This document shows, piece by piece, positions 46,963-60,663 of a stretch of 64,000 nt of DNA (position 1 is its first letter; every line of letters begins with the position of its first letter). Source of the stretch: Thalia democratica (lineage: Eukaryota); contig OZ241826.1 of NCBI GenBank assembly GCA_965202585.1, forward strand, positions 74,586,001 through 74,650,000, written 5' to 3'. The position numbers and the translations under genes were made by a program. The notes under the pieces are model-generated. The model saw only the letters and a list, made by a program, of their open reading frames with translations, was not told the DNA's origin and ran no database searches.

Positions 46963-47984
46963 AGTTCACTTATGAGATTGTTTAGTTAGTCTCTTCATGA
47001 TTATCTAAATAAATGTTTTGAACAACTTACTTGTATATTTCAATGGTAGATCGACACAATTATTTTTTAATTTTACAACCTTAAATGTTTTTAAATTTTA
47101 ATTAACAATAACTAAGTAGTAAAAACTACATTCTGATTATGATTAATAACTAAATTTTAATTTTCAGTTCGTTATGATGTAAGTTTAAGCACAGAGTTTT
47201 TTATTTCTGGTAAAACTGTTTAAAAATATTAATTTTTAATTTTTGGCTGAAAAAAATAGAGTGAAATTATTTACGATAAACATAAAAATTCTGTGTTTAA
47301 AAATAAAGTATTAAAAACTAAGGTTTATAAGAAAACTTTAAAATGCTATTTTATTGAAACTGATTTGATTAATAAAAAAATTTATTGAAACTTTTATAGT
47401 TATGAAAAAATGATAAATTCTGAATCAAAAAACGTAACAAACATAATGATTAAACTTTAATGTAAAAAAATATATTTTAAAACTTTTATGAGTTAAAAAA
47501 AGTTTAGACATAAGTTTATAGTGTTGAAATATATGGTGATAAAAAAATACAAGTTTTTTAATATATAACCTTAACATATGTTGAACAAACTTTTATTTTG
47601 AAAGCTTTAGTATTTTTTATTTAAATGTAAACTTTTTTCATAAAACTTTTTCATGTACTTTCAACATTAAAGCATACTTAAAGTCAAGTTAAGTATTGTT
47701 AAATTTTACTGTATCTAACATTTAGAAGCTTTGTTTAAGATGCTTTCTATAGACAGTTAGCGGAAAAAGTATTCATAAAAATAAAGTGGTTCTTGAAATT
47801 TTTAGTAGTTGTGTACAATAAAATGATCTATACTATACAAACTAAACTATTAATTACAAACAATTTTGTTTACAACTTTCTTGTGTCATGTGAGAGAGTT
47901 TATTTCATAAACTAAACTAAATTCATTTAGTAATAAAAAATGTTAGCTGTTAAAAACAAACTAATTACTTTAGAAAGTGTAGAT

Positions 47985-48232
47985 CAGAATTTCCCAAACT
48001 TTTTTTAAGAATTTTTCAAAACGCTACACTTAAATACACCTAAGACCTTTGTTTTTCTGCTCTTCACCATCAATCCAGGATATCTAGTTTAAGTTTCAAA
48101 TTATGGACTCATGGCCCCCTGTGGCCTTTTTACTACTCATGCCCCCCCCCCCTTAGACCCCTTTGCTTATAGCCTCCTAAATTTCTGTACTAGCTTCAAA
48201 GGGGTCCATATGGCTCACTTTGGGAGACCCTG
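47985..48232. mobile_element. Charlie-type hAT MITE, 248 bp
   Basis: Ends cagaatttcccaaact and actttgggagaccctg. The 8-bp flanks GTGTAGAT and ATATAGAT (6/8) resemble the NTCTAGAN Charlie target. Confidence 0.75.
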
Positions 48233-51200
48233 ATATAGATTTATGTAGTCTTTGCATTTTCTTCGTCACAATACTAGTTAAATCTTCAAACAAAAATTTC
48301 TGACTTTTTTTAATTCAATGTAAACTGTTTTTTCTGCCTTTAGTTTACTTACTTATTTTGTAAGTTTATTATTATGTTAAGGATTAGAGTATGTTAGTAT
48401 TGATAGCCTTACTTAGACTTATAAACCAAACTATGAATAAAAGTGTTTTAGATTTCGTTTCAATACTAGATAAAATTTTAAAACACGAATAGTTTATTTA
48501 TTAGCTAAACATCAACTATCTCCAAAAAACAAACAAAACTAGAAGAAGGTACCACTGCAACAATTATTAAAATTGTTTTTAAGCTGAAGTTTTAATAAAA
48601 AAAAAACTGTTTATTTAACATAAAAGCAAAGGCAGTTGTTTTACAGGTAAAAAGACTTTTTTTTCATATAATTTGCTTTAAATTCTAACTTCAAGCAATA
48701 GAAATTACGCTAATGAACTTTCAATTTTACAAATCCTTTTACTAAAGATTTTTTCGAGGACAGATGAACAATAATTCCAACGTTCAAAAAAAAAGCATAC
48801 TAACTCTTCAATGTATTTGTACAGTAGAAATAACCCGTGAAAAAATATACATAGACTCAAAAAAAAGAGAACAATCCTTAAAATGTACTCAACATTAAGT
48901 GCTTCAAATGCGATAGTTTAAAAAAGTTGTTCCACGTATACTTGTTTATAACGTTTTTTCCTATAATCTTAAAAACCTTAATCTATTAGCTAAATTACAA
49001 TTTAAGTGAGCATAAAGACACCAAATGTATGTATAAAAAATTTAACATGACGACTAACTTTCAAAACTTCAATAAGACAGGTTCTTTTCATCTATTTTTC
49101 ATTGAATTTTACTATTTCAGAGATTTGATCTTATTTTTTTAAAGGTATTTTATGAATTTTTAGTGCATTTAAACATATAGTTACAACTTTTTTTGTACTG
49201 TTAACTGTTTAAAAAGTATATTAAAACTTAGCTAAAGTTTAGTAATTTGTTTCAATAGTAAACATTTTAAATGAAATTTATTATTTATAATCACCTACAT
49301 GCTCATTTGTTCTAACTTTTAATTAGTGTTATACCCGTACGGCTTAAACTTACTCTGAAGGTAATTTCTGTATAGCCTATAGACCTGAAAACAGCTAAAG
49401 AAAAAGTTTTATATCTTAGTTTTCAAAATTTTTTACTTTTACTTATATGCTAAGCAGTTTTTTTTTAATAGGTAATACAATGGTTGTTATTTCGTGTTTT
49501 TAGTTCTTGCTTTCTTAAAATGTTAGCCTTTATAATAAACTATTATTCTGATTTCTTGGAACTGTTATAAAAGTTTTACCGATTTTATATTTAATGTTAA
49601 TTTAGTATAACTAATAGTTTAAGAACACCTTATACTTTGTTCACAAATTCACTTTCGTACCGTTTCATTTTTAACAGCTAGATATTTTTTAAAGAGTATA
49701 TAAAAACTTAATAGTATAACTTTGTATTCGGTTTTAGGACAAAAAATCTACTTAGATTTAATTTTATTAATAGTTTATTTAGCTTTTGTTTACCGACAAA
49801 ACATCAAAAAAATTAAATCAAAACACTAAAAACTTGTTAGTTGGTAATTTAACTAAAAAGTTCAATTAATATTTCAAACCCTCTTTGACTTTATGGTGAG
49901 TAAAGTATAAAACTCTAGTATACATTAGACACATTTTTAACTACTAGTTTATACAAAATATAAACAAAAATGATAACAAACTAGTATAACAAAAAATTTA
50001 ATGCATAAATGGTAGCAGCACTTTAGCTTTCTTATGTATTAATTGTAATTAAAGACATGGTTTATAAATCGATGAAAGTTTAAAAACTTTTTCTCACTTT
50101 ACAAGCAGTCATAAACTAAAAACACAGTTTTAGCTGTTAGAACTTTATTATTTATACAACACTGTTTATACAAATAATTTCCACAATATTTCTAATCAAC
50201 AGTTTTTTTTAAGACTCTATTACTTTTGGTTTTAGAGGTATAGTAGCCTTTTTAGTTAAATGTTTTCCAGTTAACAAAATAAACTATGAGTTTTTTTTTT
50301 TAACTTTGACAATTAGCCATTATAAACGGCATTTAAAGGTGTATCAAGCAATACTGATTACAAACTAATTGCTTTCAGATTTTTATTTAGTCTTAAACAA
50401 CTTTTTGCTTTTCAGTGACTCTTTTAAAGTCAATAAAACTTTATCAAAGTAGCACTCAATGGCTTGTAAAAAAATTGTAACAAAATTAAACGGTTTTTGA
50501 CAATATACAAATACACACGAACTTTCAAAAAAAAAAAGTTTAACACAATTCCCTTTTGTTTGGCTGCAAAAAAGTATTTGATAAACTGCTTATTTTCTAT
50601 TTTTTATAGAAAAAAATGTTTACAAAACTGAAACTTTAAAAACAAAACTATAAAATCAATAATCACCCACAGAAAATATTTGTTGTTAAACTTTTGTTTG
50701 AACTAACTAAAAATTATTTAATTAAAAATAATGTTATACGTTAACTTATAAAGTAATTTGTAAACATAATGTCTATAAAATTTATCAGTTGGATTTATAA
50801 ATACTTAGAATAAAAACACTTAGTTATTTTTAAAGCAAAAGACTTTTTAATTTTTTTTACAAATTTTGTCTTGTCCTGGACAAGAAATAAAGTGTAACCT
50901 TAGTGTATGACTCGGTAACAACAGGTTCTTTTGCAGACTATTTATACTTAAGTGATTACTTTTTTAACAAAAAAGCCCTAATCTACTCTAAAGTACAACC
51001 AAAGTATAATAAAAATGTAGGTTTGAGAAACTACTTTGTACGTGATTTTGTAAGTTGCATAACTTTTATGTTAGTTTACTTAAACAAAAGTTTACCATTT
51101 TAAGTTAATTGTCGCCAAATGTGTATTCACGTAACACTTGTGGTTGACCTACATTTGATATGAGAAACTTTTATACAGTCACGTATAAGTACTTTGCAGT

Positions 51201-53919
51201 TATATACTTTGATAATTGTAAGTATGTTTAATTTGGCAGATTTTAAGAAATCAGAATATAAATTAAAACATTATTTTTCATATTTGTTCGTTTTTTTACT
51301 AATTTTGATTATCTACAATCATGAAATTTATAACTATGTACACAAAAAATTTAATAGTTTTCACTAACACTACAATCGAAATGCAAACAAGTTCTACCAA
51401 GCACATCAGTACGAGCACAAATGATAAGGCATTAAATTTTATCATAAAACATTTCATTGTATTTAAAAAGCTGTTTAAAAAATAATGGATTGCTTTTAAA
51501 CAAGGATAACCAAATAAATTTTTTTAGCTTCAAAAGTACTTTTGACAACCTACAAATACTTTTATTTATAAGTGTATCTAAAATTGTATTTTCTATTTGT
51601 TAGCTAAAATAAGTGCTTATTTAACGATTATTTCATTACAGATTTACATTTTTTTTTAAAATATAATAAATTTAAATTACGTCGGCACGCAAAATATTTT
51701 TTCAAAGAAACAGAGTTTATAAAAGTCTGCCGTAACCTGCTTTAAAACGAGATTTGATAGTTTAGAAAAAATTAAAAACATATCTAGTAATAATAAGTTT
51801 CATATCAAAGTAAAACTTTTAATAAACTTTACTTGATTAAGATTGCAAACAACTTAGTGAAAAATCAATTATAGTGTATTAAATAAAACCAAAACAAAAA
51901 CCAAACTTTATATATGTCACTTCGTTTAGTGCTTGTCTCTAAGAATTTACCACCATTAACAAAAAGCGCTCAATTTTTTTTGGAAATGTACTTGAATAAT
52001 TAATAAGTAAAAATAAAAGAAAAACAATGTTTTCTGTATTAAGCTGAACATAAATATCATACATTGTACCCTTTTTAAACGCAACTAGTTGACCTTTGTT
52101 CAAAATAACTTGTTTATCACCTAAAACTTTTTATGGCAAAAAATGAAAATCTCTTGAAAATAACTAAGTGTTAAACTTTTAAAGTTACAAAGTTTAATTT
52201 AATGTAAGTATCTAATGCTTCAAAGCAGGAATAAAATTCATTAAAAAGTATATCTACAGTACACCGATTTAAATGAATAGTAAAGCTCAATTGTCTTTTA
52301 TTTAATTGAAAAAGATCTATTTTTTCCTACTTAGCAACTAACTCTTTTTTTTTCTCTTTATTTATTATTTCAAGTTTATTAAGAATGTTTATCTGTTTAT
52401 TTAAAATTTACTTAGTGCTTTGTTATTTTATTTAAGCTTTAATTTTCTTTATTTTATTTTTAGCTATAATGAAGCGATAAACTCTACATAAAAATATAAA
52501 AACATTAAATTTAAAATTAGATCGTGCCAATTATTAAACCATGGACTTTTTTTAATTAATTATAACTTGTACTCTAATAGAAATTTGGAATAACAAAAGT
52601 TTTTAATTAAAACTAAAAGTGGATAATCTTTAGAGTTTTTAAGAAAAACCTGTATTATACTTAATAATTATTTAAAGCAATAATCATTATTATAAAAGCT
52701 CGTCTAACAAATATGATTGTTAGTTGATGATATATTTGGTTATTTTAAAATTTGAAACAGTTTTATTATATTTTTAAAATACATGCTATGTACAAAGAAA
52801 ACAAGTCATAATTAATAAGCTTCAAAGACAGTTTTTCTTTGTTTATAATTTACATACACTATTAAGTGTTTCGTAAGTAACCTTTAAATCAATAAAGGAA
52901 CTTATACTTTAAAAACTTTATTAAGCAAAGTATATTTATTTTCAGCTCAAATTTTTTTTGTGAAAAATTGATCAAATAGTAAAACATAAAATGAATATAA
53001 ATTTTTTTATACTAGTTATAAAGTTACGGGTTATTTTTCTTTAGGGTTATACTTAAACTTATCAAAAAAAATTTATCTTAATTTTTTTTTTACATTGATT
53101 AAAAGTTTTACTAACAAACTTTTTAAAAAGTAATCTAATTTTTTTATGCTAGACTAAAACTTGGCATACTTAATACTTTTTGAACACTTAATTAAAAAAA
53201 AAACTGCTACAATTATTTATCGCCTATTTATGCTTAATTTTTTTATGTAGATTTTCCTGTGTATTTATATCTGGTATTATCATGTTAAATATAATGTTTC
53301 CTAATAAAATATACCAAGACTTTGTTAACCTTTTTTAAATAAACAAAGTATTGGTTCTGTTGTTAAAAAAAATTGAATTACAGAAGTTTCTTATGCTACG
53401 TGATTTTATAATGTTGCCAAATTTTCAAATATATTACATAACTTTGGTTAGATTTTATCGTGTATTATATAAAATTAGGTTTAAAGTTGGCTTAACTTTT
53501 TATTATACCTTAAATTACAAGCTAAAATTTTACTTACATTTTTTGACATTTAAATAAAAAAAACATTTAGAAAAAGTGTTTTTAAATTTCGAAGTTCTTT
53601 AAAACTTGTATAGTTAATAAAACAAACACAAAGAAATATATAGTTTATTTTAAGTCAATAAAATTAAAAGCTAGTGAAAAAGGCAGTGCTAAAATAAGAT
53701 ACAACTAATAAAAACGTTAAATACTTTTACAAACTTATTCTTACACAGCTCGTAAACCATCCTTAAAAAAAAATATAATCTAAATTCTAATCAATAGAAC
53801 CCCTGAGTTTTTTTTTTCAAATTTTTGGTTTTAAGTTTTTATATTTTTGAAGGATCACAAACTCAAGAAAATTTTACTACAGCATAAGTACTAAATGTTT
53901 ATCAAAAAGTTCATTTATG

Positions 53920-54056
53920 TCAGTCGTTTATAACCTTTCCGCCCCTTTTCTCAATAATGAAGTGACACATCAGTACCCAGGCAGTCGTTATAGAAAGTAT
54001 TATAAGACTGTAGATAAACGCTACCACGTACGTCCCGTGGTTATCAATGATGAAAC
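53920..54056 (-). CDS. SLC16: SLC16 terminal exon (TM12)
   Basis: Acceptor ttaatcag; GFIIDNHGTYVVAFIYSLIILSITTAWVLMCHFIIEKRGGKVIND then TGA. Confidence 0.9.
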
Positions 54057-55928
54057 CTGATTAATATAAGTTTTAAATTCATATAAAAGTTAGGTGTGTT
54101 GTTAATACAAAACTCAATAAATTTTAGATAAACTATCAAAATTAACAAAGAAAAAAATTCTTTTTTAATTATCTGATTGAGTTTTATAGTGTTTAAATAA
54201 CTATGTAGAGTACATTGACAGTTTAAGACTTATTTTACACAAACACACTCTAATATACTTACAACAAACACAACCAACCAACAACGTATCCGCTCACAAA
54301 CGTGGGCACCGTACCGCAACAGAAGAACCAGGAAAAGTAAGTGTTCAGCCTCTCGGTACCCATTATGAGCGGAATGGCCGTCATGTTCAGCACCACTACG
54401 ACCCCGTACCAGAAACCCAACAGTATCGAGTAGACCACCAGCGGGATCCACTTGGCGGTGAAGATCGGTATCAGCTGGATCACGGTGAACATCAAGAGCG
54501 CGAAAACGGTGCTCAGCAATATCTTCTTCTTTATCACGTCCACCTTCGCCGTCAGAACCCCGCACAACGGCCTGCCCACAAAGTCGCCGACGCAAGTGCA
54601 CGCCAGGAGGCTGGCGGCGTCGCTCTGCGGGAAGCCGAGTTCGCCGGCGTACGGCACGATGTAGACCAAGGGGCTGGCGAAGCCGAACATCAGGATGACG
54701 TTGCACATGAGCAGGAGCAGGCACACCCAGTACTTTCGCAGGAAGGATTTTTCGTTGGGTTTGTATACTTTGTCGACGTCGAGCGTGACCTGGACTTCCG
54801 GCCGGTCGCTTTGGAAGACTATCGGTCTGATGAGGGCGGCGAAGGCCAGGATGTTCAGGTGCAGACCGGCGAAGACGATGAAGCTGCCGCGCCAACCGTA
54901 GATGCTCAAAAGCTTCAGGGCGATGAAGGGGAACAAGGTGCTATACAGGGGACTCCCGGACAGTGAGACACCGTTTGCCAGGGCCCGTTTCGACGAAAAG
55001 TACATGCTGAGCTGGGAATTAGTAGCTATGTAGGAAGTTCCGCTGCCGATTCCTGAAATTTAAATTAAAACCACTTGAATATTTTTTTATTAATTCATAC
55101 AGTTAATAAAACAAACCGTTGGTGAACGCGGCAATGCAAGCAGCAAGTAGAGAATTTGAAAAGGAAAGCAGGAAGAGGCCGGCAGCGGAAAAAAATCCCC
55201 CGATCATTATTGTGATTCTCGTGCCGAAACACTTTATCAGTGGGTCAGAAATTAATCCTAGGAAAAAGTTTCGAAATTAATGTGTTAGTTTTTTGGCAAT
55301 CGTGTTAGGCAAACTATGGTGTAATGTTAGTATTCTAATGAAAAATATATTTTCTTTTCATAAGATACTATTTGTTGTACGTCACATTTTTCTCAAACTT
55401 TCTTGGAAATCGGTAAAGCTATATAAAGTTTAAAAAAACCTTAAAATTAATAAAACATATAAGATTGACATGATCTAATTGGTTTTTATCAAATATTTGT
55501 TTTTTAATTAAAAGTTTTTAAGAATAATTTGAACGGTAGATATAAATTTTTAAATGTCTTTTATGAGAGATCAGCTATATATTAACAAGACTTTCTTAAA
55601 TACGCTTAAGATTTGGTTTAATTAGATTTTTTAAAGTATATGCATTTCCAAGAATGTACCTGTAATCATTACAACAAACTAAACACTGCAAAAACTCACC
55701 TGCGAGCCCGAAAACTCCGGCGAGCAACGAAACGATGAGCGAAGTCTCGCTGTTGTTCAGCTCCAGGTCGCGCATGATGTCGCTATAGAACAGCCCAATC
55801 CCCTTCACCGCGCTGAAAGCCAGGGCGTCGATGAAAAACGCGGCAAACACCACCGCCCAGCCCCACCCGCCGTCTGGGGGGTTTTCCCCTACGTGGGAAC
55901 CCGACAGTGTGTGAATGACGTAGGTCAT
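53920..55928 (-). CDS. SLC16: SLC16/monocarboxylate transporter family MFS protein, 426 aa; complement(join(53920..54056,54279..55052,55117..55257,55700..55928))
   Basis: PPDGGWGW motif, YFSSKRALANG, YGWRGSF, LIRP and DFVGRP. Four exons joined by three phase-1 GT-AG introns total 1281 nt, or 427 codons including the stop. The call is family-level only. Confidence 0.93.
54279..55052 (-). CDS. SLC16: SLC16 coding exon 3 (TM5-11)
   Basis: Acceptor aatttcag; GIGSGTSY..MYFSSKRALANG..FVSGYVV; donor G|GTTGGT is required for frame with the next exon. Confidence 0.92.
55117..55257 (-). CDS. SLC16: SLC16 coding exon 2 (TM3-4)
   Basis: GLISDPLIKCFGTRITIMIGGFFSAAGLFLLSFSNSLLAACIAAFTN; 141 nt, phase 1/1; absent from the ORF track. 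Confidence 0.9.
55700..55928 (-). CDS. SLC16: SLC16 coding exon 1 (TM1-2)
   Basis: Acceptor tttacag before 55946, ATG at 55928, MTYVIHTLSGSHVGENPPDGGWGW..., donor G|GTGAGT. Confidence 0.92.
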
Positions 55929-57705
55929 GTTTGCTATGTAGTAAGCCTGTAAACAAACCACGTACTAATATTAGCGTTTATTTACTAACGTGCTGGTAGC
56001 ATTTGTTTGCTGTTGCAACTGTTGCATACTTAGTTGACCTTTGTTTTGTTATTTTTTTGTTACAACTAAGCTTGTTCGAACTTTTTTTTTGTTTTTAAAA
56101 CAAAAGTTCTTGTAACATAATCTTACTAGAAAATAAAAAGTATACACTTTTAATATTCAGCTTGTTACTACTAAGTAATAGGTTAATTTCTGACAGTAAA
56201 ATTTTAAAACTAAATAACAACTTCTGCTAAAACATAAATAGCCAGAGGGTTATTTCATAACAGAAATAAAAATTAAAACTAAATTTTTAGTAAAAATAAT
56301 TTGAAAAGAACTGTTTTTCTTAGTTAAATAATTTTTATAGAGCTAGTTGGACTATTCTACTACGAAGAGCAAAATTTAAATTTAAAAACAAAAGCTACTA
56401 GAACGTAAAAGCATTTTCAAATACTTTTGCTAAAAACATCACTAACATTAACGTACTTTTAAACATTATATTATAAACTTGTTAAGGTTATTCATTTAAA
56501 TGAAGACTAGCTTATTGTAGCTCAAAAAAATCTAAAGCTAATTGTTAATCTAAAACACACTATTAAATTAAAAAAAAAAGTATATTAATATAATTACTAT
56601 GGTTAAAAATTTTATTATTTATTGTAACTTAGATTTTATTCTAGGCATCAATTTATAACAAAAAAAGAACAATAGTTGTTATAAGAACAAAATATGTTAC
56701 ACAAGTTTTAAATACTTATTCACTGCACAAAATAGTGCATATAAAATAATGCATATTGAATTTACTAAAATTTTCAACATGAGAACCTTGATATTAAAAT
56801 CAATGTAATTAAAAACTTAAAATAAATAAAAAATGGTAGCAAATACAATAACGAATATAAAGTTGTAAATAACACTGAAGTTGTAGGATATTTGTATTTA
56901 AAATAAACTTAACTTAAGCATTAAAAATGTTGTTGATGTATAAGTTAATGTTATAATTTGTGCAAATAAAAAACATCTTGACTTGATTTCAAGAAAAATA
57001 TGTGATTAAAATTATTCAACCGGAGAATATAAACTTTATAAAATTAAAACTTTTATTTTTGTTAAATCACACTTAAATACAATATTAATCAGCCAAATAA
57101 TTTGGTGCTACTTGATACTTATAAAACAAAAAGCAGCTTTAGAAGAAATACTACAATTTATGTTATTGTGATTTGTATCATTTATTAAATTCTAATCTTA
57201 AAAGTAATTAAATTACTAAGAAGTTTTTTTTAATTAGAATACACTTTTCTTAAAATGTTTAAATGTAAAAAAATGCTATTGTGTCATTAATTGCCAATCA
57301 TACGGCTGACTTATCTAAAGGTGTTTGTCAACCACAAGTGTTTTAAATAGAAACTGCAATTGTTGAAACTTTAAAACGTAGTTAAAACAGTTTAAAAAAT
57401 ATATATTACAGCTTTACTTTATTTTTATGAAATAAACCACTTTCAGAACTAAACAAATAAAAACTGAGCAACTAAAACTTTTACAAAAAGGTTTTATGAT
57501 AGATAAACTATTTTTACATTTTTGAACTGCTAAAAAATTTTTTTTTACAAAAAACGAATACCAATAAGTATTTTGATAAAATTTTTATTGAATACCAACT
57601 TACTAGAATTCAATATTTACTAGTAAGATAAGCGTTTGCGTAAACAAAAACAAACCACTAGAAAAATCCGTGTTTGCTATGTCAAACACACATACTAAAA
57701 CTTAC

Positions 57706-57816
57706 TTGTAAATAAAACTGCAATAAACTGGTAAAATATCAAAGCAAAAATCACGTATGTGTGCATGCAATTGCTTCTTATGCTCTGCTGTTTTTTTTGT
57801 TATTTATATCGCGATA
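57706..57816 (-). promoter_or_regulatory. Candidate SLC16 promoter and non-coding first exon
   Basis: On the minus strand: TATAAATA at 57808-57801, palindrome TATCGCGATA at 57807-57816, and a GTAAGT donor at 57705-57700. Linkage to the 55946 acceptor is inferred. Confidence 0.35.
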
Positions 57817-60663
57817 AATCTTCTTTGTTTAAAAAAAGCTTATGCTCTATTAAGACAATAGACTTCCTTGTACGAGAGAAAATCTTAAGTTTAAATTTGA
57901 CTTTTTTTTAACTTCTTTCTCTACTATATTTTTTAAAACTATTTTCAACCTTTAAACCTAACTTTTTTACGTTACAAAAAATTTTTTACTTTAATACATA
58001 TAAATATCATATAGTTTAATACAAGAATAAAAAAATAACGGTTAAATTTCATTTGCTTTGCAATTGAGTATAAAATTAGGTCGTTTTTCAGTTTAAAGAT
58101 AATGAAATATTTCGTAAATACTTGGAAATTTCTGACATTTTTAATTTAAAATGTCGTTGTAAAAACTTTTCAGTAAAAACAAAAATAAAAATTTCTCACA
58201 ACGTTTTTGGCTAACATAACGTTTAAATTAAGCTTTAGAATAACTTAAATATAAAACATTAATCATTTAATAAACAGATATATAAATATATATATATATG
58301 TATATAAAAGTAAACATCTTATTATCTAAACAAGAATTTCATTAAACAAGTTATAAGGTTTTTCAACGATCAAACTCTGATAAGATATTTAGTAGTTTTA
58401 TTAACGACAAAAAACATTTAAACTAGTTGTTTAATTTTCTAAATCGCCTAATGTATTGACGTTGACTATACACAAAAAAATATATATCAATTTTAATAAA
58501 ACTTTAAACATCTAATGAAATGTTACACAGATTGAAAAAAAAATTATATATAGTAGTCGTAACTTTTAATTCAAGAATGTTAAGTTGTTACGTTGAATAT
58601 TTTATCTGTACTTTTTCTGAATTATTAGATGTCTGATTTATTTTATAAAGTACTCGTCAAAAAAAATGTAAATATAAAAGAGTTAGCCTATATTTGTAAG
58701 ATAACATACATAGTACGCACTGTTCAAACTATTAAGAATCAAAAGTATGACAACGATTAGTATTCCAATTATGAGATTACCACTAGACCACATACATCGT
58801 GGTAATATTCTAATCGGCTATGCTACCTTATAAGCTAACAACTTTAATCTCATTACTTATATTCAATTTTTACAATAGCTAAAACTAAATTTAAATAAGT
58901 TTTAGAACAATATTTTCATTGGTGATTAATCTGTTTGAATTGTTATGCTTAGTCTGAAAAATAAAAACACATTAAAATGATATTTGAATTTTTTTTAAAT
59001 TGTGAGTAGCTTTTTTGAACAGATGAAATAAAAGTTAAACTATGTAATAAAAAGCATATGTAAATAAAATGTATAAACATTTTTTGTTAGACATGGCTTA
59101 AACAAATTGCACTAGTATAGAGAATTTTCTGCAGTGCTATGTAAATAAGAAAATTATACCATACTAAAACTGTGGTTTTATAGTTTTAAATCGGTAGTAA
59201 ATTTTTCGAAATAAGTATAGTAGTCTTTATCAGCAAAATTATTATTATTAATTAATTAATATTTATATTAATATTAATATAATAGTTAAATATTATTAAC
59301 TTGTTTTTTTATAAATCATACTTTCAATAGTTAAGTTTACACAAGCTCTCCAAGTTTAAGAGATGCTACTATTAATGCATTAAAAATTTTTAACAGATTT
59401 GTTTTCTGTATCTTTTTGCTGTAACTTATTAATTAAAATACCTGCTTAAAGAGTACAAGTATTTGTATTTAGTTTGTCACTCAGTAAAAAACAACTTAAA
59501 ATATAAATTTAGTTATATGGTCAAATTATTAGTTTTCAAGGTGTTTCCGTTTTGACTAATGCTTTTAAGTTTTCTTTGATAAATAAAAACTATTCAAAGT
59601 CTTTAAAATTCTTAGTATAAGCGTATTTCTTTTATTTAAAACTTGAATACAAAGTTACGTTACAAAACATTCAATTATTAAAAACAAAAAAATTATTCCA
59701 GGTTTTAAAACTATATTAAATTAAAACTTTACAAAATTTATAATATGCTACTAAACCTTAACTTATACACTTAACTGTAGGTTTATAAGATTTATTTTAG
59801 TACATAAGAAAAACTTTTGTAAAAAATTTAGAAAAAATTAATTTCTTTTATCAACAAAAATTAAAACCTGCTGATCTTACTGTAACACTGTTTATAGTGT
59901 ATAGCTACTACAATACTTAAAATGCTGATCTTTTTAAACTTTTTAGTTGTAAAAACAAACAAAAGCTAACTTTTGAAATAAAAAAAATTGTTTTAAAGAA
60001 CTGTGGTATTTAAAAAAAATCGCTTACACACTAAAGAGCCTGTACAGTTTATATATAAGTAAACAAAACATTTGCCAGCTGTCCTGATGAAAACTAATGA
60101 CTATGAAGTTTTTGGTTAATAAAAGTTGAAAATTTAAGTTCTAAGATAATATTAGAACTCACATCACATTTTTGTTTTTTTTTAATACTACAGTGTATAC
60201 CTTTTGTAATTAAATGTATTCAAAACAGCTGATACACAAAAAAATATTTGGACCAGTTTTACTTAAAATCCTTTAGACTACCGTATACATTTTATTTGTT
60301 TGTAATATTAAATACTTTTGTTACAAATGTTCATACACAACTTTTACTACTCTTCCGTAATGATAATTTCTTCTAACTTTAAATAAAAATTTATCAAAGT
60401 CAAATTAATCTATAAATGAACTGTATAACACAGCTTAAATTATATTTCTATTGTTTTTGAGTAGTTTGTTTTGTAGATATTTCTTCATTAAAAGGTAGCA
60501 ACGTTATAATATTTAAAATTATCAAATTGTCCTAAGGTTTGTCAATTATTTTTTGTGATATTTTTGTTTTTATCCTAATACAGTACATAAAAGCTATTAT
60601 ACTCCGAGAAATCGACAAAGTTTATCTTTTATACTCATTACAATGTTTGAAGTACTTTCAGAT

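Noticed and set aside
54257-54262. Stronger-looking GTAAGT donor for SLC16 exon 3
   Set aside because: It gives phase 2, incompatible with the TM12 exon. The phase-1 GTTGGT donor after 54279 restores the frame at the family-typical position.
54230-54895. 221-aa alternative-frame ORF overlapping SLC16 exon 3
   Set aside because: R/P/G-rich frame-shifted shadow expected from GC3 bias; there is no supporting start context.
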